DNA of 64,000 bases, from assembly GCF_044704955.1 (NCBI RefSeq), contig NC_091985.1, forward strand, positions 41,230,001 through 41,294,000, given 5' to 3'. Below the pieces are notes generated by a model. It was not told where the DNA came from, did not search any database, and was given only the letters and a program-made list of their open reading frames with translations. This DNA is from Pristiophorus japonicus (lineage: Eukaryota). Within the stretch, counting starts at the first letter, position 1; each line of letters starts with the position of its first letter. This document shows, piece by piece, positions 1 to 12,360 of the stretch. Position numbers and translations under genes: made by a program.

Positions 1-2650
1 CAGTCACGGCGATATTCCAGAGAAACATGGAAAGCTTACTGAAGTCGGTCCCGCGCACCGTGGTCTTCCAGGACAACATCTTGGTTACAGGTCAGGACAC
101 AGTCGAGCATCTGCAGAACCTGGAAGAGGTTCTTAGCCAGCTCAACTACATGGAGCTCAGGTTAAAACGCTTAGTGCGTTTTCCTGGCGCCTGAAGTGGA
201 GTTCCTGGGGAGAAGGATCGAGGCGGGCGGCATCAGGCCCACCGATTCGAAGACGGAGGCAATCGAGAACGCACCGAGGCCACAGAACGTGACGGAGCTG
301 CGGTCGTTTCTAGGACTTCTGAACTACTTTGGTAACTTATTACCGAGTCTCAGCACACTGTTAGAACCACTGCACGCCTTACTGTGTAAAGGAGACGAAT
401 GGGTATGAAAATGGTAGAAGCCACGAAAATGTCTTTGTAAAAGCTAGAAAACTGTTATGCTCAAACAAATTGCTTGTGTTGTATGATCCATGTAAGCGTT
501 TGGTACTAGCATGTGATGCGTCGTCATACAGTGTCGGGTGTGTATTGCAACAACAAGCTAATGAATCTGGGAAATTGCAACCGGTTGCTTATGCATCCAG
601 AAGTCTGTCTAAGGTTGAGCAGGCCTACAGCATGATTGGAAAAAAAAGCATTAGCGTGCATTTATGTGGTAAAGAAAATGCATCAATATCTGTTTGGGCT
701 CAAATTTGAATTGAAAACTGACCATGAGCCACTAATATCCCTGTTTTCTGAAAGTAAGGAGATAAATACGAATGCATCGGCCTGCATCCAGAGATGGGCG
801 CTCACGTTGTCCGCATACAACTATGCCATCTGCCGCAGGCCAGGCACAGAAAACTGTGCCGATGTTCTCAGTAGGCTGCCATTGCCCACCACGGGTGGAA
901 ATGGCACAGCCGCAGATTTAGTTATGGTAATGGAAGCATTTGAGAGTGAGCAATCACCCGTTACCGCCCGACAGATTAGAATCTGGACGAGCCAGGACCC
1001 CCTACTGTCCCTAGTAAAAAAAAAATAAAAAAAAACTGTGTGCTCCACGGGAGCTGGTCCAGTGTCCCATTAAAAATGCAGGAAGAGAAAAAGCCGCATC
1101 AGCGGCGCACAGATGAAATGTCTATACAGGCAGACTGCCTTCTGTGGGGTAATCGGGTAGTGGTACCCAAAAAGGGCAGTGATCTCCACAGTACTCACCC
1201 AGGCATTGTAATGATGAAAGCGATAACCAGATCACACGTGTGGTGGCCTGGTATCGATGCGGACTTGGAGTTCTGCGTGCACAAATGTAACACATGTTCA
1301 CAGTTAGCAATGCACCCAGGGAGGCACCACTCAGTTTATGGTCTTGGCTCCAAACTGTGGTCTAGGGTCCATGTCGACTATGCAGGCCCGTTCTTGGGTA
1401 AAATGTTCCTAGTGGTTGTAGATGCGTGCTCCAGGTGGATTGAATGTGAGATAATGTCGGCGAGCACCACTGAAAGCCTGCGGGCCATGTTTGCCACGCA
1501 CGGCCTGCCTGATGTCCTTGTGAGCAACAACCAGCCGTGTTTTACCAGTGTCGAGTTCAAAGTATTCATGACCCGCAATGGGATTAAACATGTAACATCT
1601 GCCCCATTCAAACCAGCATCTAATGGTCAGGCAGAAAGAGCAGTGCAAACAATCAAGCAGAGCTTGAAGAGAATAACTGAAGGCTCACTGCAGACTCGCC
1701 TATCCTGAGTCCTGCTTAGTTACCACACGAGACCCCACTCGCTCACTGGGATCCCACCCCCTGAACTGCTCATGAAAAGGACACTTAAGACAAGGCTCTC
1801 GTTAGCCCACCCATGAACAGGTGGAGAGCAGGCGGCTTCAACAAAGTACATATGGCGCAAATGTGTCATCCGAAATTGAAATGAATGATCCTGTATTTGT
1901 GTTGAACTGTGGACAAGGTCCCAAGTGGTTTCCCGGCATTGTTGTGGCCAAAGGCGTAGGGTGTTTCGGGTCAAACTTTCAAATGGACTCGTCTACAAGA
2001 AACGCTTGGAACAAACCAAACTCAGATTCACGAACTATTCAGAGCAACCCATATTAGAGCCTACCTTTTGTGACTGCCCCCCCCCCCCCCAACACAAACA
2101 CCAGTGGCAACTGACACAGCAGTTGACCACGAAGCAGAACCCATCACCTGCAGCAGCACAGCAGTCACCATACCAGGCAGCCCAACAAGGCCAGCTGCAC
2201 AGCAGCCCAGCGAGGGCCCAACAAAACAACTCACCAAAACCAGCATTTGCATTGAGACGATCAACCAGGGAAAGAACGGCCCCAGATCGACTCACCTTGT
2301 AAATAGGTACACTATTGACTTTTGAGAGGGATGGGGGGGTATGTAAACTTGTAAATACCTTGTGTAACCACCAGAGGGCTCATTCCCTGGAGTCCCAAGG
2401 GATCCCACAATCCCTTGGGAGTACCTGTACTTGAGGAGGCCTCGCAGGCTGGAGAGGCACTGCGAATGAACCATTTATCCCGACTCTGTTTTCTGGTAGT
2501 TAGCCAATCCTCTATCCATACTAATATATTACCCGCAACTCCGTGAACTTTTATCTTGTGCAGCAATCTTTTATGTTGACCTGCAATAAAAGACTAAGGT
2601 CACACTTTGAGCTCACAGTATCTAGTCAGATTCTTTATTCATACATAACA
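1..2650 (+). mobile_element. Gypsy (Mag-clade) LTR retrotransposon, 3' part (RT-RNaseH-IN plus 3' LTR), degenerate
   Basis: Frameshifted ORFs with VVFQDNILV (RT), LACDASSY (RNase H), HPGIVMMK and VHVDYAGPF...ASNGQAER (IN); purine tract ~2324-2339; LTR ~2340-2650 ending in CA, similar to the LTR at 50221-50444. Confidence 0.92.
2463..2577 (-). mobile_element. Short CR1 RT fragment inserted in the Gypsy LTR
   Basis: Reverse complement encodes LHKIKVHGVAGNILVWIEDWL; LTR sequence resumes on both sides. Confidence 0.8.
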
Positions 2651-3922
2651 GAAGTCATGTTTGACAAATTTGCTGGAGTTCTTTGAAGATGTAACGAACA
2701 GGGTGGATAAAGGGGAACCAGTGGATGTGGTGTATTTGGACTTCCAGAAGACATTTGATAAGATGCCTGCACAACATAAAAGATTACTGCACAAGATAAA
2801 AGTTCACGGGGTTGGGGGTAATATATTAGTATGGATAGAGGATTGGCTAACTAACAGAAAACAGAGAGTCGGAATAAATGGTTCATTCTCTGGTTGGCAA
2901 CCAGTAACTAGTGGGGTGCCGCAGGGATCAGTGCTGGGACCTCAACTATTTACAATCTATACTGACGACTTGGAAGAAGGGACTGAGTGTAATGTAGCCA
3001 AGTTTGCTGATGATACAAAGATGGGAGGAAAATCAATGTGTGAGGAGGACATACAAAATCTGCAAAAGCTTCTGGACAGGCTAAGTGAGTGGGCAAAACT
3101 TTGGCAGATGAAGTATAATGTTGGAAAGTGTGAGGTTATGCACTTTGGCAGAAAAAAATCAAAGAGCAAGTCATTATTTAAATGGAGAAAGATTGCAAAG
3201 TGCTGCAGTACAGCGGGACCTGGGGGTACTTGTGCATGAAACACAAAAGGATAGTATGCAGGTACAGCAAGTGATCAGGAAGGCCAATGGTATCTTGGCC
3301 TGTATTGCAAAGGGGATGGAGTATAAAAGCAGGGAAGTCTTGCTAAGCTATACAAGGTATTGGTGAAGTCACACCTGGAATACTGCATGCAGTTTTGGTT
3401 TCCATATTTACAAAAGGATATACTTGCTTTGGAGACAGTTCAGAAAAGGTTCACTAGGTTGATTCCAGGGATGAGGGGGTTGACTTATGAGGAAAGGTTG
3501 AGTCGGTTGGGCCTCTACTCATTGGAATTCAAAAGAATAAGAGGTGATCTTATTGAAACGTATAACATTATGAGGGGGCTTGACAAGGTGGATGCAGAGA
3601 GGATGTTTCCACTGATGGGGGAGACTAGAACTAGAGGGCATAATCTTAGAATAAGGAGCCGCCCATTTAAAACAGAGATGAGGAGAAATTTCTTCTGAGG
3701 GTTGTAAATCTGTGGAATTTGCTGCCTCAGAGAGCTGTGAAAGCTGGGACATAGAATAAATTTAAGACCGAAATAGACAGTTTCTTAAACGATGAGATTA
3801 TGGGGAACGGGCAGGGAAGTGGAGCTGAGTCCTTGATCAGATCAGCCATGATCTTATTGAATGGCGGAGCAAACTCGAAGGGCCGTATGGCCTACTCCTG
3901 TTCTTATTTCTTATGTTCTTAT
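2651..3922 (+). mobile_element. CR1 LINE, 5'-truncated (RT and 3' UTR)
   Basis: TNLLEFFEDV..YLDFQKTFDK..SGVPQGSVLGP..KFADDTK; ends in (ttcttatg)-type tail. Confidence 0.93.
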
Positions 3923-3924
3923 AC

Positions 3925-5560
3925 TTTAGTGCCTCAGTGAGGATTCCATCCACTCCTGATGCCTTGTTCTTGAGCTGATGGATGACCCTTTTCTACCTCA
4001 TGCAGGCTGGGATTTTGCTGAGGTAGTGGTGGGTAGCATGCTACGGGATGGAGTTGAGGGCACTCGTGTCAAAGGCAGAATCTCGATTTAAGGAGATCTT
4101 CAAAGTGCTCCTTCTAGTGGGCCCTGACTGCCTTGGATTTCATGAGTGTCTCCCCGTTCTTGGTCAGCAGTGAGGTGGGGCCTTGGGTGCTTGGGCCGTA
4201 GGTGGACTTGACTGCAAGGAAGAATCCTCGCACGTCATGCCTGTCGGCCAGCTGCTGGATCTCCTGTACTTTCTCCATCCACAATCTATTCTTTAGGTCG
4301 CGTTTTTTTTTGTTGGACCTTGACCTTCAGCCGTCTGTTGAGCTGCTTTGCTGCTCCCAAGTTGGGTTGTTGCTTTAAGTTCAGAAATGCCCTGTGATTT
4401 ATTAGCTCCTGGATCTCCTGGTCATTTTCATCAAACCATTCTTGGTGTTTCCTGGTTGAGTGACCAGTCCACCATAACATTGGTTACGGTGGCCTTGGAG
4501 GGCAGATCAAGCGCTGCGGGCACTCTGCGTCTTGGAGCATCGAGGGTTGGAAGGTTGGCAGTGAGGCACTGGCTGTATAGGGCTCTCTTACCTGGGTCTT
4601 TGCCTCGGCATTAATTTTTCTGCGGCATTGCTTTTGTTGTCCTCGTCGCTTTGGGGCTATATTAATGTTGATGACTGACTGCTGGACGGACGACCACCTA
4701 ATCCAGTCATCGGCTCCTGTCATGGCATGGGTAATGTGCAACTCCTTGCGATCCCTCGCTTGAATGATGACATAGTCGAGCAGGTACCAGTGTTGCCACG
4801 ATTCCTTGTACTTGTCCCTCTGGTGGAACAAGGTGCTAATGATGACAAGGTCGTGTTCTAGGCATTTTGTCAGGAGCAGGTTACCACTGGAGTTGGTTTT
4901 CCCTACTCCCTCTCTGCCGATCACACTTCCCCAGAGGTCCGTGTCCTTACCGACTCTGGCGTTGAAGTCGCCGAGGAGGATCAGTTTTTCCTCCGGGATT
5001 ATGCGAGGCTGGAGTCGAATGCCTCTTTGGCTTCATCTGTTGCGTTGAGTGTTGGGGCGTATGCACTGATGACTATGGCGCACTGGTTCAGGCATAGGGT
5101 GAGCTGGAGAGTCATAAGGCGTTCGCTAATCCCGCAGAGGGAATCTCTGAGGCGGTTGACCAGCTCGTTCTTGATGACGAAACCAACTCTATGGAGGCGA
5201 CGTTCTTCCTCTGGTTTGTCTTTCCAGAAGAAGGTGTAACCTCCACCTTGTTCTTTGAGCTGGCTTTCCCCTGTCCGTCAGGTCTAGCTTAGGGCGGCGA
5301 TGTCGACATCGAAGCGTCTAAGTTCCTGGGCAATGATGTCGGTGTGGCATTCTGGTCAGTCGCTGTTGGGGTTGTCCTTGAGGGTCCTGACGTTCTAGGT
5401 CCCGAACTTCATTTAAAGGGTGGAAGATGCCCGTGCTTGAGTTCTTTTAACATTGTGTAGCCGTTGCACACTGGCTTACCACACTGGCTTAACTAAGCAC
5501 GGTCTTGGTCCAGTGGCAAGAAGGTCCGAGATGACTGGAAACCAAGCTCTGAGCCTCGTT
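3925..5560 (-). mobile_element. RTE (BovB-like) LINE, 5' UTR and APE endonuclease region
   Basis: Minus strand from ~5412 reads MKFGT*NVRTL..IAQELRRFDVDIAALS; also LLGDFNARVG, LLTKCLEHDLVI and HQEWFDEND. Confidence 0.88.
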
Positions 5561-5879
5561 GCCAATGGTGGGATGTGAGCCGTAAGCTTGGCACTGAGCA
5601 GCACATTCAGGAGAAGTGGTGGGAGATCTGAGGTGTGATGAGGGGAGGGATTGAGACTCGCTGGGGGCCCTGCTGCATTTTAGCCTCGAAGGGCCGTGGG
5701 AGAAGACAGAGTGGCCGCTGCCATTACCCGCGCCATGTGCCCGACAGTGGCTCCACTGCTGCTCCTTCAGCTGCTTTTGCCTCTGCAGCTTGGGTCGCCA
5801 GCCGAAAGGATTACGAGGTGATTCGGGTATGGTGAAATTCAATCACAATGTTAAAAGCTGCATTTTTGTGGAGGGACTC

Positions 5880-6290
5880 AATTTTGAAATTCTTATCCTT
5901 ATTTTCAAATCCCTCCATGGTCTCGCACCACCCTATCTCTGTAATCTCCGCCAGTCGCACAATCCCCCCCCCCGCCCCACACTCCCCACCAAGATTTCTG
6001 CGTTCCTCTAATTTTGCCCTCTTGAGCATCCCTGATTATAATTGCTCAAACTTTTTTGGTCGTGTATTCTGTTGCCTAGGCCTGAAGCTCTGGAATTCCC
6101 TGTCTAAACCTCTTCACCTCTGCACCTCTCTTTCCTCCAAGACACTCCTTAAAGCCTACCTCTTTGACCAAGCTTTTGGTCACCAGTCCGAATTTCTCCT
6201 TGTGGTTCGGTGTCAAATCTTTTGTCTCCTAATGAATTGCCTTGGGATGTTTCACTATTTTAAAGGCTCTATATAAATACAAGTTGATCT
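5880..6290 (+). mobile_element. L2 LINE 3' end
   Basis: FEILILIFKSLHGLAPPYL, KLWNSL, KTLLKAYLF; ends ...ctatataaatacaagttg. Confidence 0.8.
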
Positions 6291-9200
6291 TGTACCATTT
6301 CATTTTTATGTCCTCTCCTGATTCTTTCTACCAAAATGCATCACTTTTCTCTGTTAAATTTCATCTGCCACGTGTCTGCCCATTTCACTAGTCCATCTGT
6401 CTTCCTGAAGTCTCACTCTCCTCCTCTCTGTTCACTACACTTCCAAGTTTAGTGTCAAATGAAATTTTGAAATTGTGCTCTGTACATCCATGTCAAAGTC
6501 AATATATATCACGAAAAGCAGTGGTCCTAGAACCAATCCCTGGGTAGCACCACTGTATACCTTCCTCCAGTCCGAAAAATAACCATTCACCACTACTATT
6601 TTGATCCTGTCACTTAGCCAATTTCATATCCAGGCTGCCATTGTCCCTTTTGTTCCATGGGCTTCAATTTTGCTGGCAAGCCTAAAAGAATGCAAGAAAT
6701 AGGAGCAGGAGTAGGCTATTCAGCCCTTTGAGCCTGTTCCGTCATTCAATGAGATCATGGCTGACCTGATCTTGGCCTCAACTCAACTTTCCTGTCTGTT
6801 CCCCATAACCTTTGACTCTTCAATAGATCAATATTCTGTCTATCTCTGCCTTGAATATATTCAATGACCCTGCCTTCACAGCTCTCTGGGGTAGAGAATT
6901 CCAAAGATTCACAACCCTCAGAAGAAATTCCTCCTTATCTCCATCTTAAATGGGTGCCCCCTAGTTGAAGATTCACCCACAAGGGGAAACATCATCTCAG
7001 CATCTACCCTGTCAAGCCACCTCAGAAGCTTATATGTTTCAATAAGATCACCTCATTCTTCTAAACTCCAAAGAGTATAGGTCCAACCTGCTCAACCTTT
7101 CCTCATAAGAAAGCTCCTTCATCCCAAGAATCAACCTATTGAACCTTCTCTGAACTGCATCCAATGCAAGAATATCCCTCCAATAAGGAGACCAAAACTG
7201 TACACAGTACTCCAGGTGTGTCCTCACCAACACCACTCCATCCCCCTTGCAATAAATGCCAACATTCCATTTGCCTTCCGAATTACTTGATGAACCTGAA
7301 TGCTAACTTTTTGTGTTTCATGTATGAGGACACCCAGATCCCTCTGTACTGCAGCATTCTGTAGTGTATCTCCATTTAAATAATATTTTGCTTTTCTATT
7401 CTTCCTACCAAAGTGGATAACCTCACATTTTCCAACATTATACTCCATCTGACAAATTTTTGCTCACTCACTTAACCTGTCTATATCCCTTTGCATACTC
7501 TTTGTCCTCCTCACAATTTGCTTTCCCACCTATCTTTTATATTGTCAGCAAATGTGGCTACAATACACTTGGTCCCTTCATCGAAGTCATTAATATTGTT
7601 AGATTACAACCAATGCATCCACTATCTCTGCAGTCACTTTCTTTAAGACCTTAGGATGCAGGTCATCAGGTCCTGGAGACTTGTCAGCCTTTAGTCCCAT
7701 TAGTTTGCTAAGTACTTTTTCTCTGGTGATTGTTTTAATTTCCTCCCTTCCTTTAGCCCCCTGATTTTCTACTATTATTGGAATGCTTTTAGTGTCATCT
7801 ACTGTGAAGACAGGTTCAAAATCTCTGCCATTTCCTTGTTTCGCATTATTAATTCCCCAGTCTCATCCTCTGAGGGACCAACATTTACTTTAGCTAATGT
7901 CTTCCTTTTTCTATCCTTGTAGAAGCTCTTACTGTCTATTTTTATATTTCTTGCTAGTTTACTCTATTTTCTCCCTGTATTTTTTTAGTCATCTTTTGCT
8001 GGTTTATAAAATGTTCCCCATCTTCTGACCTACCACTAATATTTGCAACATTGTATGCCTTTTCTTTCAATTTGATAGCATCCTTAACTTCCTTTATTAG
8101 CTATGGATCGTTCATCCTTCTCGTAGAATCTTTCTTTCTCACTGGAATATATCTTTGTTGACAATCATGAAATATCTCCTTAAATGTCTGCCACTGCTTT
8201 TCTACCATCTTGCCTTTTAATCTATTTTCCCAGTACACTTTAGCCAACTCTGTCTTATACTTTCGTAATTGCCTTTATTTAGGTTTAAGACACTAGTTTC
8301 AGACCCAAGTTTTTCACCCTCAACCCAAATGTAAAATTCTATAATGTTATGTTCACTCTTCCCTAGAGGATCCTTTACTAAGTGATCATTAATTAATTCT
8401 GTTTCATTACATATTACCAGATCTAAAGTAACTTATTCCTTGGTTGATTCCACAATATATTAAAACACTCTATGAACTCATCCTCAAGACTACCTTTGCC
8501 AATTTGATTTGTCCAATCTATATGAAGATTAAAGTCACCCACGATTATTGCAGTATCTTTCTTACAAGCCCCGATTATTTCTTGATTTATACTCTGTCCT
8601 ACAGTGTAGCTACTGTTAGGGGGCCTGTAGACCATTCCCACCTGTGACGTATTTCCCTTGCTATTTCTTATCTCCACCCAAGCTGATTCTACATATTGAT
8701 CTTCTGAGCCAAGATCATTTCTCACTACTGCACTGATTTCATCCTTTATTAACAGAGCTCCCCTACCTCTCTCTCCTTTCTGCCTATCCTTCCAAAATGT
8801 CAAGTACTCCTGAATATTCAATTCACAGTCTTGGTCACCTTGTAATGGCTATCAGATCATACCCATTTATTTCTATTTGTGCCATCAATTCATCTATCTT
8901 GTTCCGAATCCTTTAATTTTGTGTCTCTACCATTTTGCCCTACTCTGACTCTATTTGCTGATGCACTCTTATGTTTTTACGCTCTGTTTCTTCTTGTCAG
9001 ACTCTGGTTATGTGGCATTTTGTCAAACATCTTTTGGAAATCCATATATACTATGTCAACTGCATTACCCTCATCAACCCTCTCTATTACCTCATCAAAA
9101 AACTTGATCTTTGGTTAAACACGATTTGCCTTTAACAAATCCATACTGTCTTTAATTAATGCACCCCTATCCAAGTGACTGTGTTGATTTTGTCCCTGAT

Positions 9201-9310
9201 TACTGTTTCTAAAAGCCTTCCCCACTACCAAAGTCAAACTGACTGGCCAGTAATTGATGGGTTTATCTTTACTCCCTTTTTGAACAATGGTGTAACATTT
9301 GCAATTCTCC
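6290..9310 (-). mobile_element. Cluster of CR1 LINE fragments (EN and RT)
   Basis: HLEYCVQFWSP, YNVGKCEVIHFG and GMVYRPPNS..IIVGDFNLHIDW on the minus strand; 3' UTR near 6685. Confidence 0.88.
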
Positions 9311-9739
9311 CGCGGAGGGCAATTTCGGTCCCTTTCACTTAAAGGGGAGGGATGCTGCGAGGCAGGCGTTGGACTCACGGGGCCACCAGGGTAGGGTTTT
9401 GGAGGGGTTCGGCCGAGCTAGCGGCCACCATTGTCAGGCCGACTCGGGGTCGGCCGACATTAAAATAAAATGGCGACCACGGCAGTATGCCCTCCCCTTT
9501 AAGGATGGCATGTGGCCCAGCCACTGGCAACTTCCCCGCTATGTGAAGCTGTCGGGGGCACTGACTGGTAGCTGCCACATTCCCAGGGTGGTAAGGGGTC
9601 GGTGCGCTGGGCGGGGTGGAAACACAGGCCGGGGCAATTGCAGATGGGTCAGTCTTGCCGCCTGCTCCCGGGTGGAAAGGCCTTACTGCCCCATTATAGC
9701 TGGTAATGAGCCTTAAAGAAGGGGCAAATCCCCCACCCA

Positions 9740-10079
9740 CCTTATCAATTTTTATCCTACCTCCTCCTTCGCTATGTCTGTGGCAGCATCCTCTTCCTTG
9801 GTGAAGCCAGGTGCAAAGTATTCATTTAGTACCTCAGCTATTCCCTCTGCCTCCATGTGTAAGTCTCCTTTTTAGACCCCAATCAGCCCCACCCTTCCTT
9901 TTACAATTTATATGTCTATGGAAGACTTTTGGATTACCTTTTATGTTGGCTGCCATTCTATACCCCCTCTCAGCCCCTTTTATTTTCTTCTTATATCTAT
10001 ATCTATATATCTACATATCATATCTATATATCATCTATATATATATATAGATGCGCTAGATATAGATATATATAGGCTG

Positions 10080-10128
<49 letters not shown>

Positions 10129-12360
10129 GATATAGATATTATATAGATATATATATTATATTATATAGATATAGATGCACATATCTATAGCATAGAGAGA
10201 TAGAGATAGAATTCATCATCCAGAAAGCTCTGACTTTAGTTGCCCTACCTTTCCCCCTCGTGGGAATGTACCGCGACTGTACCCAAACTATTTTCTCTTT
10301 AAAGGCAGCCCATTGTCCCACCGCAGTTTTGCCTGCCAATCTTTGATTCCAGTTTACCCGGGCTAGATCCGTTCTCATCCCACTGAAATTGGCTTTCCCC
10401 CCCAGTTAAAATTTTTTACTCTGCTTTATTCCCTGTCCTTTTCCACAGCTAAACCTTATATGATCATTGTTCCCTAAATGCTCCCCTACTGACACTTGCT
10501 CCACTTGACCTACCTCATTCCCCAGAACAAGATCCAGCAATGCCTCCTCCCTCGTCTGGCCAGAAACATACTGATCAAGAAATGTCTCCTGCACATATTT
10601 CAGAAATTCTTCCCCTTCTCTGCCATTTACACTATTACGATCCAGTCTCTCTTAGGATAGTTGAAGTCCCCCATTATTACTACTCTACAGTTCATGCATC
10701 TCTCTCATTTCTCTGCAAATTTGCTCATCCATATCTTTCCCACTATTTGGTGGTTAATAGAATACATCCAGTAGTTTAATGGCATCTCTCTTATTTCTTA
10801 ACTCTAGCCATATAGATTCTGTCATTGACCCCTCCAGGACATCCTCCCTCACCACCACGGTAACATTCTCCTTAACCAATACTGCTACACCACCTCCTAT
10901 CTTTCCTGGACACCTTATAACCAGAAATATTTAATACCCAATCCTGCCCTATTTTGATCCAGGCCTCGGTTATTGCCACATCATAGTCTTATGTGGCTAT
11001 TTGTGCCTGCAGCTCACTTACCTTGTTTACGATGCTTTGTGCGCTCACATGCATACACTGTAAACCTATCTTAGACCACCCTGTATTCTTAGTTGGACCC
11101 CATCCTAATACCTTATTATTTATTACTTTAGTGCTTTTTGAGACTCCAAATATTTTGAGCACTTTATTTTCCCTTTCTAATGTTACATCCTTGTGCCCAT
11201 CCCCTGCCAAATTAGTTTAAGCCCTCGCCAACACCACTCGCAAACCTCCCCACGAGGATATTGGTTCTGGCTCTGTTGAGCTGTAACCCATCCGGCCTGT
11301 ACCAGTCCCAATGCCCCAGGAATCTGAAACCTTCCCTCCTGCACCATCTCTCCAGCCACGCATTCATTTGCTCTATCTTCCTATGTCTGTACTCACTCGT
11401 GGCACTGGGAATAATCCAGTGATGACTACCTTTGGAGCTCTTGTTTTTTAATTTTGTTCCTAGCTCCCTAAAATCTACCTGCAGGACCTCCTCTCTTTCT
11501 ATGTCGTTAGTACCAATATGGACCATGACCTCTGGCTGTTCACCCTCTCCCCCCAGAGTGTTCTGCAGCCACTCAGTGATATCTTTAACCCTGTCACCGA
11601 GGAGGCAACATGCCATCCTGTAGTCATGTCTGCGGTCGCAGAAACGCCTGTCTGCTCCCCTAACAATTGAATACTCTCCAGAGGAACCATCGCCCTCGCC
11701 AGTACTCAGAACTGAATACAGGTTGGAGAGCGAGATGCACTAGGGAGACTCCTGCACTATGTACCTGTTCCTCCCTTTCAGTCTGACGGTCTCTCCCTGC
11801 GCACTCATCAGCTGGGTGACCACCTCCTGAAACGTGCTATCCACAAAGCTCTCAGCCTTGCGGATGCACCACAGTGACGCCAGCTGGTGCTCAAGCTCCG
11901 AAACCCAGAGCTCGAGCTCCTCCAGCCGACAACACTTCCTACACATGGTTATCCAGGACATGAGAAGCGTCCTGCATTTCTCACATGGCACAGGATATGC
12001 ATTCCACAGTACTGAGCTGTCCTGCCACACTTTATTTATTCGACTATTAACTAACTTTACATAAACTTAAGACCATGATGTATTTATTTCAAGTTATTAA
12101 TATAATATTGTATTAAATGTTACTAATTTAATATACCATTAAGTTAATCTCCAAGCTCCTGCTTTATCACTAACCAGCTACTTAACCCCTAACTTTGGTA
12201 ATGGTCACGCCATTTTTTTTCCCATCAGTTACCAGCTATCCTGTGACACACTCGTGTTTTTTTTTTAAATCGTTGCTCAGCTCCCTTTGTGCTGCTGCCA
12301 CTGCCTCCACTGCCGGTGCTCCCGTTCAGGTCCGTGCTTTGTCCTGGGCCTTATCCACCT
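9740..12360 (-). mobile_element. CR1 LINE 5' half with ORF1 (zinc finger and SGNH esterase) and endonuclease remnants
   Basis: CRKCCRLEELE; CCLLGDRVKDI..VHIGTND..DGLQLNRAR (esterase-like); LDQYVSGQTREEALLDLVL (EN). Confidence 0.82.
9993..10210. repeat. (TA)n/(TAGATA)n compound microsatellite
   Basis: Directly visible AT-rich dinucleotide and hexanucleotide runs. Confidence 0.95.
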
